A stretch of 64,000 nucleotides of DNA from Vicinamibacterales bacterium (GCA_965221595.1 OZ244900.1:2243317-2307316), one strand, 5' to 3'. Counted from the stretch's first letter, positions 46,173-56,388 are shown. The notes: generated by a model not told the origin, from the sequence alone. Numbers and translations are program-made.

Positions 46173-48659
46173 ATGCGCCGGCAGCACGCGCTGCTTCTCG
46201 CCTGCACCGCGTCACTGGCGGTCGTCCTCGACGCGCCCCGCCTGCAGGCTGCCGGACCGCAGGCATCCGGCGGCGCCACTATCCGCTCGGCGGAGGCGGC
46301 CCGCGCAACGCTGGACCGCTATTGCGTCGGTTGCCACAACGCGCGGCTCAAGGACGGCTACGGCGGCCTGACGCTGGACGCGGTCGCCGTCGATCTCGCC
46401 GACGCCGGGGCGCACGCGGCGGTGCTCGAGCGGGTCGTGCGCCGGGTCCGCGCCGGCCAGATGCCGCCGGCCGGTCGGCCGCGCCCGCCGGATGCGGTGC
46501 GCGCGTCGCTGGCAGGCTGGCTGGAATCCGAGCTCGACCGCGCGGCCGCCGCACATCCGAACCCGGGCCGCAAGGAACCGTTCCACCGGCTCAACCGGGC
46601 CGAGTACCGCAACGCCGTGCGCGACCTGCTGGCGCTCGACGTCGACGTGGCCGCACTGCTGCCGGCGGACGACGCGGGCTACGGTTTCGACAACATCGCC
46701 GGCGTGCTGCGCATCAGCCAGTCGCAACTGGAGCAGTACCTCGCCGCCGCACGCAAGATCAGCCGCGAGGCGCTGGGGCGCGAACTGCCGGCGCCCGCCG
46801 TGACCGAGTACCGCGTTGCCGAGACGCAGCCGCAGTACGACCACCTAGAGGGACTGCCGTTCGGCACGCGCGGAGGCCTGCTCGTGCGCCACCACTTCCC
46901 GCGCGACGGGACCTACGAGATTGCCGTCGACCTGCTCTGCCGCATCCAGGGCGAGTGCGACGGCAGCGTCGGCTTCGCCGACCGGCACGAGCTCGAGGTC
47001 GCCATCGACGGAGAGCGGGTGGCGCTGTTCACCCTGGAACCCCGGGCCGCGTTCCGGCCGCACGCGGAGCGCACCTGGCGCGTGCGTCTGCCGGTGGCCG
47101 CCGGCCCGCACGAAGTCGGCGTCGCCTTCCTCAAGCTGCCGTCCATCCGGGAGGCCGACTCGCGGGTGGAGCGGTTCCTCAAACCCCACTACGTGACCGG
47201 GGTTGTGGGCGAACCGAGCCAGATGATCTACCAGCCGTTCGTGGACCGCGTGACCGTCGCCGGCCCGTTCGACAGCGCGGGCGCCGGCGACACGCCGAGT
47301 CGGCGGGCCATCCTCACCTGCCGGCCGGCAACCGCGGCCGACGAGGCGGCGTGTGCCGAGGCGATCCTGTCCCGACTCATGCGGCGTGCATTCCGGCGGC
47401 CGGTGACGGCGGCCGACGTCGCCGCGCTGATGCCGGCCTACCGGGTCGGCCGGGAGGTGGGCGGTCACTTCGAGGGCGGCCTCGAGGCCGCGCTGCGGCG
47501 GCTGCTGGTCAGCCCCGAGTTCCTGTTCCGCATCGAACACGACCCGGCCGGCATCGCGCCCGCAACGAACTACCGGGTCAGCGACCTGGAACTGGCGTCG
47601 CGCTTGTCGTTCTTCCTGTGGAGCAGCATTCCCGATGACGCGCTGCTCGACGCGGCGGCGCGCGGGGACCTGAGTCGGCCCGACGTCTACCGCCGAGAAG
47701 TGCGGCGGATGCTCGCCGACGCGCGGGTCACAGAGCTGGTCCGCAACTTCGCCGGCCAGTGGCTGCAACTCCGCAACCTGGACGCGGTGGAGATGGACTG
47801 GGCGCTGTTCCCCAACTTCGACGACGGCGTGCTGCTGGGGTTCCGCCGCGAGACGGAGCTGTTCGTCGAGAGCGTCCTGCGCGAGAACCACGGCGTCCTG
47901 GCGCTGCTGACGGCGGACTACACTTTCCTCAACGAGCGCCTGGCCCGGCACTACGGCGTGCCCGGCGTGTACGGCGACCGCTTCCGCCGTGTTGCGGTGA
48001 GCGACCCCCGCCGGCAGGGACTGCTGGGCCACGGCAGCGTGCTGACGGTCACGTCGCGCCCGAACCGCACGTCGCCGGTGCTGCGCGGCAAGTGGATCCT
48101 GGCCAACCTGCTCGGCGCCCCGCCGGCCGACCCGCCGGCCGACGTGCCGGCGCTGGAAGAAGATGCCGTGGGCAACCACAGCCGGGCGGACACGGTGCGC
48201 GCGCGCCTGGCGCAGCACCGGCGCAATCCGGTCTGCGCCGGCTGCCACGCGCAGATCGACCCGCCGGGGTTCGCGCTGGAGAACTTCGACGCCGTCGGGC
48301 GCTGGCGCGAGGTGGACGACCGGTTTCGGCCCATCGACGCCTCGGGCACGCTGCCGGACGGCACCGCATTCGACGGGGTCGTGGGCTTCCGCAACGCGCT
48401 GGCGAGCGATCCCGAACGGTTCGTCACGAACGTCACCGAGAAGCTGCTGACGTACGCCCTGGGCCGCGGCCTCGAGCCGTACGACCTGCCGGCCGTGCGC
48501 CGCATCGTGCGCGACGCGGCACCGGACTACCGACTCCAGGACGTGCTCCTGGGCATCGCCGACAGCGTGCCGTTTCAAATGCGGCGGTCGGCTGCCCGGG
48601 AGGGGCAGGGGTCTCCGCAAGCGAATGGCGGGTTGCGGGACGCAGCCCCGTCCAATTGA
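46173..48659 (+). CDS. DUF1592-domain diheme cytochrome c protein (copy 3)
   Basis: CVGCH..MPP, HRLNRAEY, LASRLSFFLWSS.PD, TSPVLRGKW, CAGCH. Confidence 0.92.
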   Translation: MRRQHALLLACTASLAVVLDAPRLQAAGPQASGGATIRSAEAARATLDRYCVGCHNARLKDGYGGLTLDAVAVDLADAGAHAAVLERVVRRVRAGQMPPAGRPRPPDAVRASLAGWLESELDRAAAAHPNPGRKEPFHRLNRAEYRNAVRDLLALDVDVAALLPADDAGYGFDNIAGVLRISQSQLEQYLAAARKISREALGRELPAPAVTEYRVAETQPQYDHLEGLPFGTRGGLLVRHHFPRDGTYEIAVDLLCRIQGECDGSVGFADRHELEVAIDGERVALFTLEPRAAFRPHAERTWRVRLPVAAGPHEVGVAFLKLPSIREADSRVERFLKPHYVTGVVGEPSQMIYQPFVDRVTVAGPFDSAGAGDTPSRRAILTCRPATAADEAACAEAILSRLMRRAFRRPVTAADVAALMPAYRVGREVGGHFEGGLEAALRRLLVSPEFLFRIEHDPAGIAPATNYRVSDLELASRLSFFLWSSIPDDALLDAAARGDLSRPDVYRREVRRMLADARVTELVRNFAGQWLQLRNLDAVEMDWALFPNFDDGVLLGFRRETELFVESVLRENHGVLALLTADYTFLNERLARHYGVPGVYGDRFRRVAVSDPRRQGLLGHGSVLTVTSRPNRTSPVLRGKWILANLLGAPPADPPADVPALEEDAVGNHSRADTVRARLAQHRRNPVCAGCHAQIDPPGFALENFDAVGRWREVDDRFRPIDASGTLPDGTAFDGVVGFRNALASDPERFVTNVTEKLLTYALGRGLEPYDLPAVRRIVRDAAPDYRLQDVLLGIADSVPFQMRRSAAREGQGSPQANGGLRDAAPSN
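48605..48650 (+). repeat. Dispersed REP-like repeat, copy 3 (inside 3' end of CDS)
   Basis: GCAGGGGTCTCCGCAAGCGAATGGCGGGTTGCGGGACGCAGCCCCG. Confidence 0.7.
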
Positions 48660-48675
48660 AGCACCGGAGCCACTC

Positions 48676-50022
48676 ATGATCATCACCAGGACAGCCCTTC
48701 CGCGGCGGACCTTCCTGCGCGGCGCCGGCGCGGCGCTCGCCCTGCCGCTGCTGGACGCGATGGTGCCGGCGCTGTCGGCCCTGAGCCGGACGGCGGCCGC
48801 GCCGCCGGTGCGCCTCGGCTTCGTGTTCGTGCCCAACGGGCTGATCCTGCGGGAGTTCCTGCCGCAGACCGCGGGACGCGACTTCGACCTCCCGCGCATC
48901 CTCGCGCCGCTGGCGCCGTGGCGCGACGACCTGACAGTCGTCAGCGGCCTGGCGAACGCGGCCGGTGACGCGCTGGATGCCAGCAGCGGCCCGCACTCAC
49001 GCGGCAGCGGCTGCTGGCTGAACGGCATGCGCGCCAGACGGACGGAGGGCGCCGACATCCAGGCAGGCAAGACCATCGATCAGTACGCCGCGGATGTCCT
49101 GGGCCGGGAGACGCCGCTCGCGTCGCTGCAGCTCGCCCTCGAGCCGAACTTCATGACCGGCAACTGCGAGGGCGGCTACAGCTGCGCGTACATCAACACG
49201 CTTTCCTGGCGCACCCCCACGCTGCCCCTGCCGATGGAAACGAATCCGCGCGTGGTGTTCGAGCGGCTGTTCGGCGAGCCGGGCGACGCCGGGGCCCGTC
49301 GGGCGCAGCGGCGCATCGACCGCAGCATCCTCGACGGCGTGACGGCGGACCTGGCCCGGCTGCAGACTTCGCTCGCCCTCGCCGACCGGCGCACCGTCGA
49401 CGAGTATCTCGACGCCGTGAGAGACGTCGAGCACCGCATCCAGCAGACGGAACAGCGGGCGGCCGAGGCCCCGGAGATCGAGGAGCACGCGCCGCTGGGC
49501 ATCCCGCCCGAGTTCGAGGACCACGCCAGGCTGATGTTCGATCTGCTTCTGCTCGCCTACCGGGCCGACGTCACGCGCGTGGCCACCTTCCAGATCGCCC
49601 GCGAGCTGAGCCACCGCGCCTACCCCGAGCTCGGCGTGCCGGAGGCGCACCACGACATCTCCCACCACGGCAACCGGGCCGAGGCGATGGAGAAAAACAC
49701 CCGCATCAACGAATTCCACATGGGGCTGTTCGCGCACTTCGTCGAGCGCCTGCACGCCACGCCTGACGGCGACGGGTCGCTGCTCGACAACATGGTCCTG
49801 CTCTACGGTGCGTCGTTCGGCGACGGCAACCTGCACGTGCCGCACAACCTGCCGGTCGCCCTGCTCGGTCGCGCGGGCGGGCGCCTGCGGCCCGGACGGC
49901 ACGTCGAGGCGACGTTCGACACGCCGTTCATGAATCTCGGCCTCAGCCTGCTCGACAAGGTGGGCGCCGGCCGCGGCGTGGAACACATCGGGGACAGCAC
50001 GGGACGCCTCGCCGACATCTAG
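48676..50022 (+). CDS. DUF1552 (HxxSHH) Tat-exported protein (copy 3)
   Basis: PRRTFLRG, FVPNG, CEGGYSCAY, HHDISHH. Confidence 0.92.
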   Translation: MIITRTALPRRTFLRGAGAALALPLLDAMVPALSALSRTAAAPPVRLGFVFVPNGLILREFLPQTAGRDFDLPRILAPLAPWRDDLTVVSGLANAAGDALDASSGPHSRGSGCWLNGMRARRTEGADIQAGKTIDQYAADVLGRETPLASLQLALEPNFMTGNCEGGYSCAYINTLSWRTPTLPLPMETNPRVVFERLFGEPGDAGARRAQRRIDRSILDGVTADLARLQTSLALADRRTVDEYLDAVRDVEHRIQQTEQRAAEAPEIEEHAPLGIPPEFEDHARLMFDLLLLAYRADVTRVATFQIARELSHRAYPELGVPEAHHDISHHGNRAEAMEKNTRINEFHMGLFAHFVERLHATPDGDGSLLDNMVLLYGASFGDGNLHVPHNLPVALLGRAGGRLRPGRHVEATFDTPFMNLGLSLLDKVGAGRGVEHIGDSTGRLADI

Positions 50023-50050
50023 ATCGGGACCAGCAGACCAGGAGCCCGGC

Positions 50051-51700
50051 ATGGGAATTCTCCCGCGCGCCAGCGTGTTGACCCTGCTGCTGCCGGCCGT
50101 GGCCGGTGCGGCGGCCGCCCCGCCTGCGTCGCCGCTCATCGAGGCCGTCAAGACCGGGGACCGGCCGGCCGTGAGCCGCCTGCTGGCCGCCGGGGCCGAC
50201 CCCGACACGGCGCAGGCGGACGGTACGACGGCGCTGCACTGGGCGGCCCACCACGACGCCCCGGCTCTCGTCGACATGCTCCTGCGCGCCGGGGCGGCCG
50301 TCGACGCCGCGAACCGCTACGGCGTCGAACCCCTCTCGCTCGCTGCCGCCCGCGGCCACGAGCGCGTCGTCGAGCAGCTGCTGGCCGCCGGGGCCGACCC
50401 CGACACGGCGCTGCCCGGCGGCGAAACGGCACTGCTGTCCGCGGCGCGTACGGGCAGCGTCCCTACGGTCGCGGCCCTGCTCGCCGCCGGCGCGCAGGTG
50501 AACGCCGCCGAGGCGACCCGCGGGCAGACGGCGCTGATGTGGGCCGCCGGCGAGGGTCACGCCGAGGTCGTACGGCTGTTGCTGGCTGCCGGGGCCGACT
50601 TCGACGCCCGTTCGCGGGCCCCGGCGGAGGCCGCAGTGGCGGCCGGTACCGGAACGTATACCCGCCGCGTCGAGCGCATCGATGCCTTCACCCCGCTGCT
50701 GTTCGCCGTGCGGGCCGGCCGCATCCAGGCCGTGGAGGCGCTGCTCGCCGCCGGTGCGGATGCGAACGAGACCGCGTCGGACGGCACCAGCGCACTGGTG
50801 ATTGCGGCCGCCAACGCGCACTGGGAGCTCGGCGCGCTGCTGCTGGACGCCGGCGCCGACCCCGACGCTGCCGCCCAGGGCTGGTCGGCGCTGCACCAGG
50901 TGGTCCGCACACGGAATCTCAACATCGGCTTCTTCCCGCACCCGGAGCCCACCGGGCGCCTGAGCAGCCTGGCGTTCGCCCGCCTGCTGCTCGCGCGCGG
51001 TGCCGACGTCGATGCGCGCATCACGCGGCCCATCGTCGACGGCTTCCGCAACTTCTGGACCCAGGTCGGCGCGACGCCGATGCTGTCCGCCGCGAAGGGT
51101 GCCGACGCCGCCATGATGCGCCTCCTCGCGGAGCACGGGGCCGACGTCTCGCTGGCGAACGCGCGCGGGACCACGCCGCTCATGGCAGCCTGCGGGGTCG
51201 AGATGTTCAATCCCGACGAGGACAGCGGGACCAACGCCGAGGCACTCGAGGCGTTCGAGGTGGCGCTCGCACTGGGCGGCGACGTGAACGCCGCCAACGA
51301 CGACGGCGACACGCCGCTGCACGGTGCGGCCTGGCGCGGCGCGAACGACATCATCCTGCGGCTGGTCGAAGAGGGTGCCGAGCTGCACGTGGAGAACCGG
51401 CGGGGCTACACGCCACTCGAGATCGCCAACGGCGAGGAGGAAGGCCGCGTCGCGAACATCAACATCCGGCCCTGGACGGTCGCGCTGCTGCAGGACCTGC
51501 TGCGGGCGCGCGGGCTGCCGTGGGAGCTGCAGCGGGGCCGGGAACGCTACGCCTTCGAAACGGCGCCGATCGACACGCGCAGCCGCGAGGAGGCCCTGCG
51601 CGAGCAGCTCGAGCGGCTGGGCATCCGGCCGCCGGCCGCGCCGGCGGAAACCCCCGCTGCACGGGAGGCGGGGCCGGCCGACGGACGCGGGGGACGCTGA
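50051..51700 (+). CDS. Exported ankyrin-repeat protein
   Basis: Signal peptide; many G.T.L..AA / GAD.. repeats; CAGGAG RBS. Confidence 0.92.
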   Translation: MGILPRASVLTLLLPAVAGAAAAPPASPLIEAVKTGDRPAVSRLLAAGADPDTAQADGTTALHWAAHHDAPALVDMLLRAGAAVDAANRYGVEPLSLAAARGHERVVEQLLAAGADPDTALPGGETALLSAARTGSVPTVAALLAAGAQVNAAEATRGQTALMWAAGEGHAEVVRLLLAAGADFDARSRAPAEAAVAAGTGTYTRRVERIDAFTPLLFAVRAGRIQAVEALLAAGADANETASDGTSALVIAAANAHWELGALLLDAGADPDAAAQGWSALHQVVRTRNLNIGFFPHPEPTGRLSSLAFARLLLARGADVDARITRPIVDGFRNFWTQVGATPMLSAAKGADAAMMRLLAEHGADVSLANARGTTPLMAACGVEMFNPDEDSGTNAEALEAFEVALALGGDVNAANDDGDTPLHGAAWRGANDIILRLVEEGAELHVENRRGYTPLEIANGEEEGRVANINIRPWTVALLQDLLRARGLPWELQRGRERYAFETAPIDTRSREEALREQLERLGIRPPAAPAETPAAREAGPADGRGGR

Positions 51701-51818
51701 CCGGCGGCGGCACCGGAAACACCCCGCGCGAGACCTGGCTGCGGCCCGCCGCCTCGTTGGTCCGCGGCGGCGTGCGCGCCGTGACAAGGTCGCGGCCGTT
51801 TGTATAGACTGCCTGCCG

Positions 51819-53195
51819 ATGCGACGCACCCTATTCGTCATCACCTGCCTGCTGGTGGTCGGGCTCGCCGGCCTGTCGGCGAACGACGATCAGTGGCCCC
51901 GGTTCCGCGGCCTGCACGCGGGCGCGGTGCCGGACGACCCGTCCCTCCCCGAGACCTGGAGCGAGACGGAGAACGTCGTCTGGAAGACGGCAGTGCCCGG
52001 ACTCGGCTGGAGCTCGCCCGTCATCTGGGACGACCACGTGTTCCTGACGTCGGCGGTCGCCGCCGGGGCCGAGGAAATCCCCGTGCCCGGGCTGTACGAC
52101 GAGCACGACCACATCAGTGCGAACACGGTGCACCGCTGGGTGGTGTACGACTTCGACTTCGAGACCGGCGCCCTCCGCTGGGAGCGGGAGCTGCATCGGG
52201 AACTGCCCCGCCTCCGGCGCCACATCAAGAACAGCTACGCGTCCGAGACGCCGGTCACCGACGGCGAGCGCCTCTACGTCTACTTCGGGAGCATCGGCCT
52301 GGTCGTCGCCCTCGACCTGGACGGCGAGGTCGTCTGGCGCCGGCAGATCGGCGTCTTCAACACCCTGATCGAACTCGGCACGGCGGCGTCGCCGGCCCTG
52401 CACGGCGACCGGTTGTACATCGTGAACGACAACACCACCGCATCGTTCATGGTGGCGCTAGACAAGCGCACTGGCGAGGAGATCTGGCGGGTCGAACGCG
52501 ACGAGCGGGGCAACAACTGGTCCACGCCGGTTGTCTGGGAGAACCGGGTGCGGACCGAGATCGTGACGGCCGGGAGCGACGGCGTCCGCTCCTACGACCT
52601 CGACGGCAACCTGCTCTGGGAGCTCACGGGGATGTCCAACCTGACGACACCGTCGCCGTTCGTCAGCGAAGGACTCGTCTACATCAGCTCGGGCTACCCC
52701 GGCGGGGCCCTGCGCCCGGTGTACGCCATCCACCCCGGCGCCGAAGGCGACATCTCCCTGTGGGCCGACGCGGAGAGCACCTGGTCGCGGCGCTTTCCGG
52801 GCAACCGCGCCTCGTCGGAGTACATCGCCTGGGCGTACCCGCTGCTGGGCACCTACAACACGTCGGCCCTCGTGTACCGCGGCTACTACTACACGCTGCT
52901 CGACCGCGGCCTGCTGCTGAACCACAACGCGCGCACGGGCCGGGAGGTCTACGGCCGCCAGCGCATCCGCGTCGGAAGCGGCTTCACCGCCTCGCCGTGG
53001 GGCTACAACGGGAAGGTGTTCCTGCTGAGCGAGGCCGGCGACACGTACGTCATCCGGGCCGGGCCGGAGTTCGAGGTACTGGACACCAACCCGCTCAACG
53101 AAATGACGCTCGCGACGCCCGCCGTCGTGCGCGGCAGCCTGTTCATCCGCACGCAGTCGTCGCTCTACCGCATCGCGAGGTCGGCGACGCCATGA
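51819..53195 (+). CDS. PQQ-binding-like (BamB-type) beta-propeller protein
   Basis: Signal peptide; WPRFRG, W...ENVVWK..VPG.GWSSP, ASETPVTDG, NWSTP, TASP, ATPA. Confidence 0.88.
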   Translation: MRRTLFVITCLLVVGLAGLSANDDQWPRFRGLHAGAVPDDPSLPETWSETENVVWKTAVPGLGWSSPVIWDDHVFLTSAVAAGAEEIPVPGLYDEHDHISANTVHRWVVYDFDFETGALRWERELHRELPRLRRHIKNSYASETPVTDGERLYVYFGSIGLVVALDLDGEVVWRRQIGVFNTLIELGTAASPALHGDRLYIVNDNTTASFMVALDKRTGEEIWRVERDERGNNWSTPVVWENRVRTEIVTAGSDGVRSYDLDGNLLWELTGMSNLTTPSPFVSEGLVYISSGYPGGALRPVYAIHPGAEGDISLWADAESTWSRRFPGNRASSEYIAWAYPLLGTYNTSALVYRGYYYTLLDRGLLLNHNARTGREVYGRQRIRVGSGFTASPWGYNGKVFLLSEAGDTYVIRAGPEFEVLDTNPLNEMTLATPAVVRGSLFIRTQSSLYRIARSATP

Positions 53196-54211
53196 ACCGG
53201 CGCGGCACGACGGCGCACGTCGCCTTCCTGCTCGGGCTCGGCTGGTGGCTGGTCGTGACGCCGACACCGGCCGCGGCGCAGACACTGGCGTTCGAGGAGA
53301 TCGCCCGGCTCCCGGGTCCCGCGGACCTCATCGAGGCCGGCGCAGGGCGGGCCTACGTGGCTGCCGAACGCACGCTGACGGTCTACGACCTGTCCGACCT
53401 GTCCACCCCGCAGCGCCGGGGTTCCTACACCTTCCCCGAGAAGATCTGGGGGTTCGTCGTGCGCGACGAACTGGTCTACGTAGCCGCCGACTTCTTCGGT
53501 CTGGGCATCGTCGACGTGTCGGACCCGGCGACGCCGCGGCTGCTCGGCTCCGTGAAGACGCCCGGCCAGGTCAAGGATGTCGACGTCTCGGGCGACCGCG
53601 CCGTGCTTGCCGACCACATGTCCGGGGTCGACCTGGTGGACATCTCGGACTTGCGCGCGCCGCGCGCCCTGGGCTCCGTGTACCTCGACGGCTACAGCCG
53701 CGACGTCGCGACGGCCGGGCCCCTGGCGTACGCCGTCGACGATCCGTCCGGGTTCTACGTGCTGGACTTGGCGGACACCGAGTCCTGGGAGCCGACCGTC
53801 GCCCTGCAGTCGGCCGACGGTCCGCGCATGGTGGAAGTGACGGACACCGCGTCCGGCGGGCTGGCCGTGCTGCTCGGCCACGGCGCCCTGCAGGTGTACG
53901 ACCTCGCCGACCCCGCCGATCCCGTCCACCGCGCGACGTACGCCACGCCCGGCGGCGCGCTGCGCGTTGCGCTGGACGGCCCCCTGGCCTACGTGGCCGA
54001 CGGGCTGGAAGGCCTGCTGGCCGTCGATCTGACGGCACCCGACGCACCGCGCATCGCCGGCAGCCACCAGCTCGCGCAACCGGTGCGCGACGTGGCCGTC
54101 AGCGACGATCTGGTGCTGCTGGCGGTAGGCCCGCTGCCGACCGGCATCCGGCGCTCGGTGGGCGGCGGCGAGGTACTCGTGCTGCGCCGCCTGGCTACTC
54201 CGTCACCGTGA
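53192..54211 (+). CDS. Exported LVIVD-repeat protein
   Basis: ATGA overlap; repeats YVA....GL.IVDVSDP. Confidence 0.85.
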   Translation: MNRRGTTAHVAFLLGLGWWLVVTPTPAAAQTLAFEEIARLPGPADLIEAGAGRAYVAAERTLTVYDLSDLSTPQRRGSYTFPEKIWGFVVRDELVYVAADFFGLGIVDVSDPATPRLLGSVKTPGQVKDVDVSGDRAVLADHMSGVDLVDISDLRAPRALGSVYLDGYSRDVATAGPLAYAVDDPSGFYVLDLADTESWEPTVALQSADGPRMVEVTDTASGGLAVLLGHGALQVYDLADPADPVHRATYATPGGALRVALDGPLAYVADGLEGLLAVDLTAPDAPRIAGSHQLAQPVRDVAVSDDLVLLAVGPLPTGIRRSVGGGEVLVLRRLATPSP

Positions 54212-54992
54212 CCGTGACGTTGTAGCTGTCGTACCAGTCGCCGTCGTAGGCCACCGCGCGCAGCAGGAACGTGCCCGGCTCGCTGAACGCGGCGGTCGTG
54301 ACGGTGGCCAGCTCCACAGGCCCCGGTGCCTGCGGAAACGGCGAGCGCGACGGGGCGAACGTGACCTGCCCCGGCCCGCGGTAGTGCACCCAGCGCATTC
54401 CTGACGTGGCGCGCCGCGCCTCCATCTCGCCGTCGTCGCTGACTGCCGCGCTGAGCGTGAGCGTCGCGGGCAGTACGACCGAGGCGGTCGAGGTCTCCAC
54501 GGTCAGCCGCGGCGGCGTGTTGTTGCCGCGCGGCCCGGGCAGCTCGTAGATGGGCAGGAACAGACCGACGGCGTGGTCGGTCCTGCCATTCGCCCGCACG
54601 GTCCAGACCATCTCGTCGTCGCTGGTCCAGTCGTCCGGGACGCGGACGCTGAACACCATCGTCTCGCGGCGCTCCACTGCCCGCCCGAACCGGCGGCGCG
54701 GCACGAAGACGGTCGGCTGCCCGTGATCCGGGCCGCCGGGTTCGATGTGGTTGTCCGGCCCGACCGGCACGTGCAGCGTCTCTTCCCAGTTGCGATTGAG
54801 ATAGCCGAACCACAGCTCGAAGCTGCCGTCGTCGTTGCGCGTCCAGCCCTCGTAGATCGGGGCGACGTGCATGCCGCGGTTGTACTGGATCTGCGTGTCG
54901 GGGATGTCGATTTCCTGGGCGGACGCGGCAGCGGCCGCCGCCAGCGTGACGGCGGCCGCTACGAGGACTGTCCGGATGCGCACCGGGTTCAC
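54195..54992 (-). CDS. Exported hypothetical protein with C-terminal PKD/Ig-like domain
   Basis: Signal peptide; P.YEGW..N.DG, FGY.NRN, GP.N.IEPG, QPT.F.P.R; V.DDG, W..YRGPG.V.F, PGT.LLR. Confidence 0.78.
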   Translation of the reverse strand: MNPVRIRTVLVAAAVTLAAAAAASAQEIDIPDTQIQYNRGMHVAPIYEGWTRNDDGSFELWFGYLNRNWEETLHVPVGPDNHIEPGGPDHGQPTVFVPRRRFGRAVERRETMVFSVRVPDDWTSDDEMVWTVRANGRTDHAVGLFLPIYELPGPRGNNTPPRLTVETSTASVVLPATLTLSAAVSDDGEMEARRATSGMRWVHYRGPGQVTFAPSRSPFPQAPGPVELATVTTAAFSEPGTFLLRAVAYDGDWYDSYNVTVTVTE

Positions 54993-55020
54993 GGCTCTCG
55001 CTCAAGCAGCAGGCGCCAGC

Positions 55021-56388
55021 CTACTGGTTGTCGGTGCTGCGCGCATTGCGGGCGGCGACGCGCGCCTTGTACTCTTCGTCGTCGATGTAGTAATAGCTCA
55101 CCCACGCGAACGACATCTCGTCGATCGTCCGCTGGCCGTACACCACGTTGTTGCGCGGGTCGGGGTTGACGCGCAGCGACTCCGAGTTGTCGTGCCAGGT
55201 GGAGACGTGGATGACGGTGCCGGGCGGCAGGACGGGCGCCGCCTCCTCGGCGTAGTTGTAGACCAGGTGCCAGTTGAAGCGCCACTGCGGCACGCAGTTG
55301 AGCGTCACCTGCCGCATCAGCGGCGCGGGCGAGTGCCCGGGCGCCTGCAGCAGCACGTTCCCCTCGTCGTCGGTCTGCGGAATGATGGCCTCGATGCACT
55401 GCGCCTGCCCACGTGTGTGCAGATGGGGCTGGAACGCGGTGACCACGGCCGGCCGGGTCAGCATGGTGTAACCGTCGGTGCGCACGTTCCGCTCCCCGGC
55501 GGGAATCAGCAGGTCGTCGTCGTCGCCCATGTGCTGGCTGACGAGCTGGTACTTCGGCACGTACCCTTCGGGATACAGCTTCATGCCGACGTGCACCATG
55601 ACCGGGAGCTCCTCGCCGTAGGGGTGCAGGTGGAGCCCGAAGCGGATCTGCGTGCCGGCCTTGATCAGCCGGCCGGTGTTGTCGTCGAAGATGTCGCCGT
55701 TCTTGCCGACGGCGTACTCGTTGAGGAAGTTGCCCTTGGCCAGATCCTCGTCGTAGTCCGTCATGGTGGTGATGACGTGGTGCACCGCCTCGAGGCTGTT
55801 GGCGTCCGGCTTCACCTCGACGGCCTGGATGTAGCGGTCGGTGGTCAGGCCGGAATCGGCGAGGATGTTCGGGAACGCATCGGGCCCCTCGGCCGGCAGG
55901 ATGTACGGCTCCGGCATCGACACGACGAGATCCGGCTCGCCGATGCTCCACTCGTTCGGATCCAGGAACTCGAGCGGCGGCGGGGCATCGGCCGGGTTGC
56001 CGCGCGGCGCGCCGGCGTCGACCCAGGCCGCGATGGTCGCGATCTCCGCGTCGGTCAGCGACGGATCGTCCTTGAAGTCCTGGATGCCGATGCGCCGGTC
56101 GATGTACCAGGGCGGCATCTCCCGCGTCTCGACGTTGCGCTTGATGGAGCGGGCCCAGGGCCGCACGTCCTCGTACGAGATCAGCGACATGGGCGCGATG
56201 GCGCCGGGCCGATGACAGCCCTGGCAACTGCGCTGCAGGATGGGCAGCACGTCCTTCGTGAAGGTCACCTCGCCGTCGGCGGGCGCGGCCTGCGCCGGCG
56301 CGGAAGTCCCGCCCAGCAGGAGCAGCAGGGCCGCGCATCCGAACAGACGGAACGCCGCGGTCCCGCCGTACCAGTTCGCACTCTTCAC
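55021..56388 (-). CDS. Exported c-type cytochrome fused to copper type-II monooxygenase-like domains
   Basis: GTG start with GGGAGG RBS; CQGCH + MPPW; VHHV, LHLH, PHLH, DEMS. Confidence 0.8.
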   Translation of the reverse strand: MKSANWYGGTAAFRLFGCAALLLLLGGTSAPAQAAPADGEVTFTKDVLPILQRSCQGCHRPGAIAPMSLISYEDVRPWARSIKRNVETREMPPWYIDRRIGIQDFKDDPSLTDAEIATIAAWVDAGAPRGNPADAPPPLEFLDPNEWSIGEPDLVVSMPEPYILPAEGPDAFPNILADSGLTTDRYIQAVEVKPDANSLEAVHHVITTMTDYDEDLAKGNFLNEYAVGKNGDIFDDNTGRLIKAGTQIRFGLHLHPYGEELPVMVHVGMKLYPEGYVPKYQLVSQHMGDDDDLLIPAGERNVRTDGYTMLTRPAVVTAFQPHLHTRGQAQCIEAIIPQTDDEGNVLLQAPGHSPAPLMRQVTLNCVPQWRFNWHLVYNYAEEAAPVLPPGTVIHVSTWHDNSESLRVNPDPRNNVVYGQRTIDEMSFAWVSYYYIDDEEYKARVAARNARSTDNQ

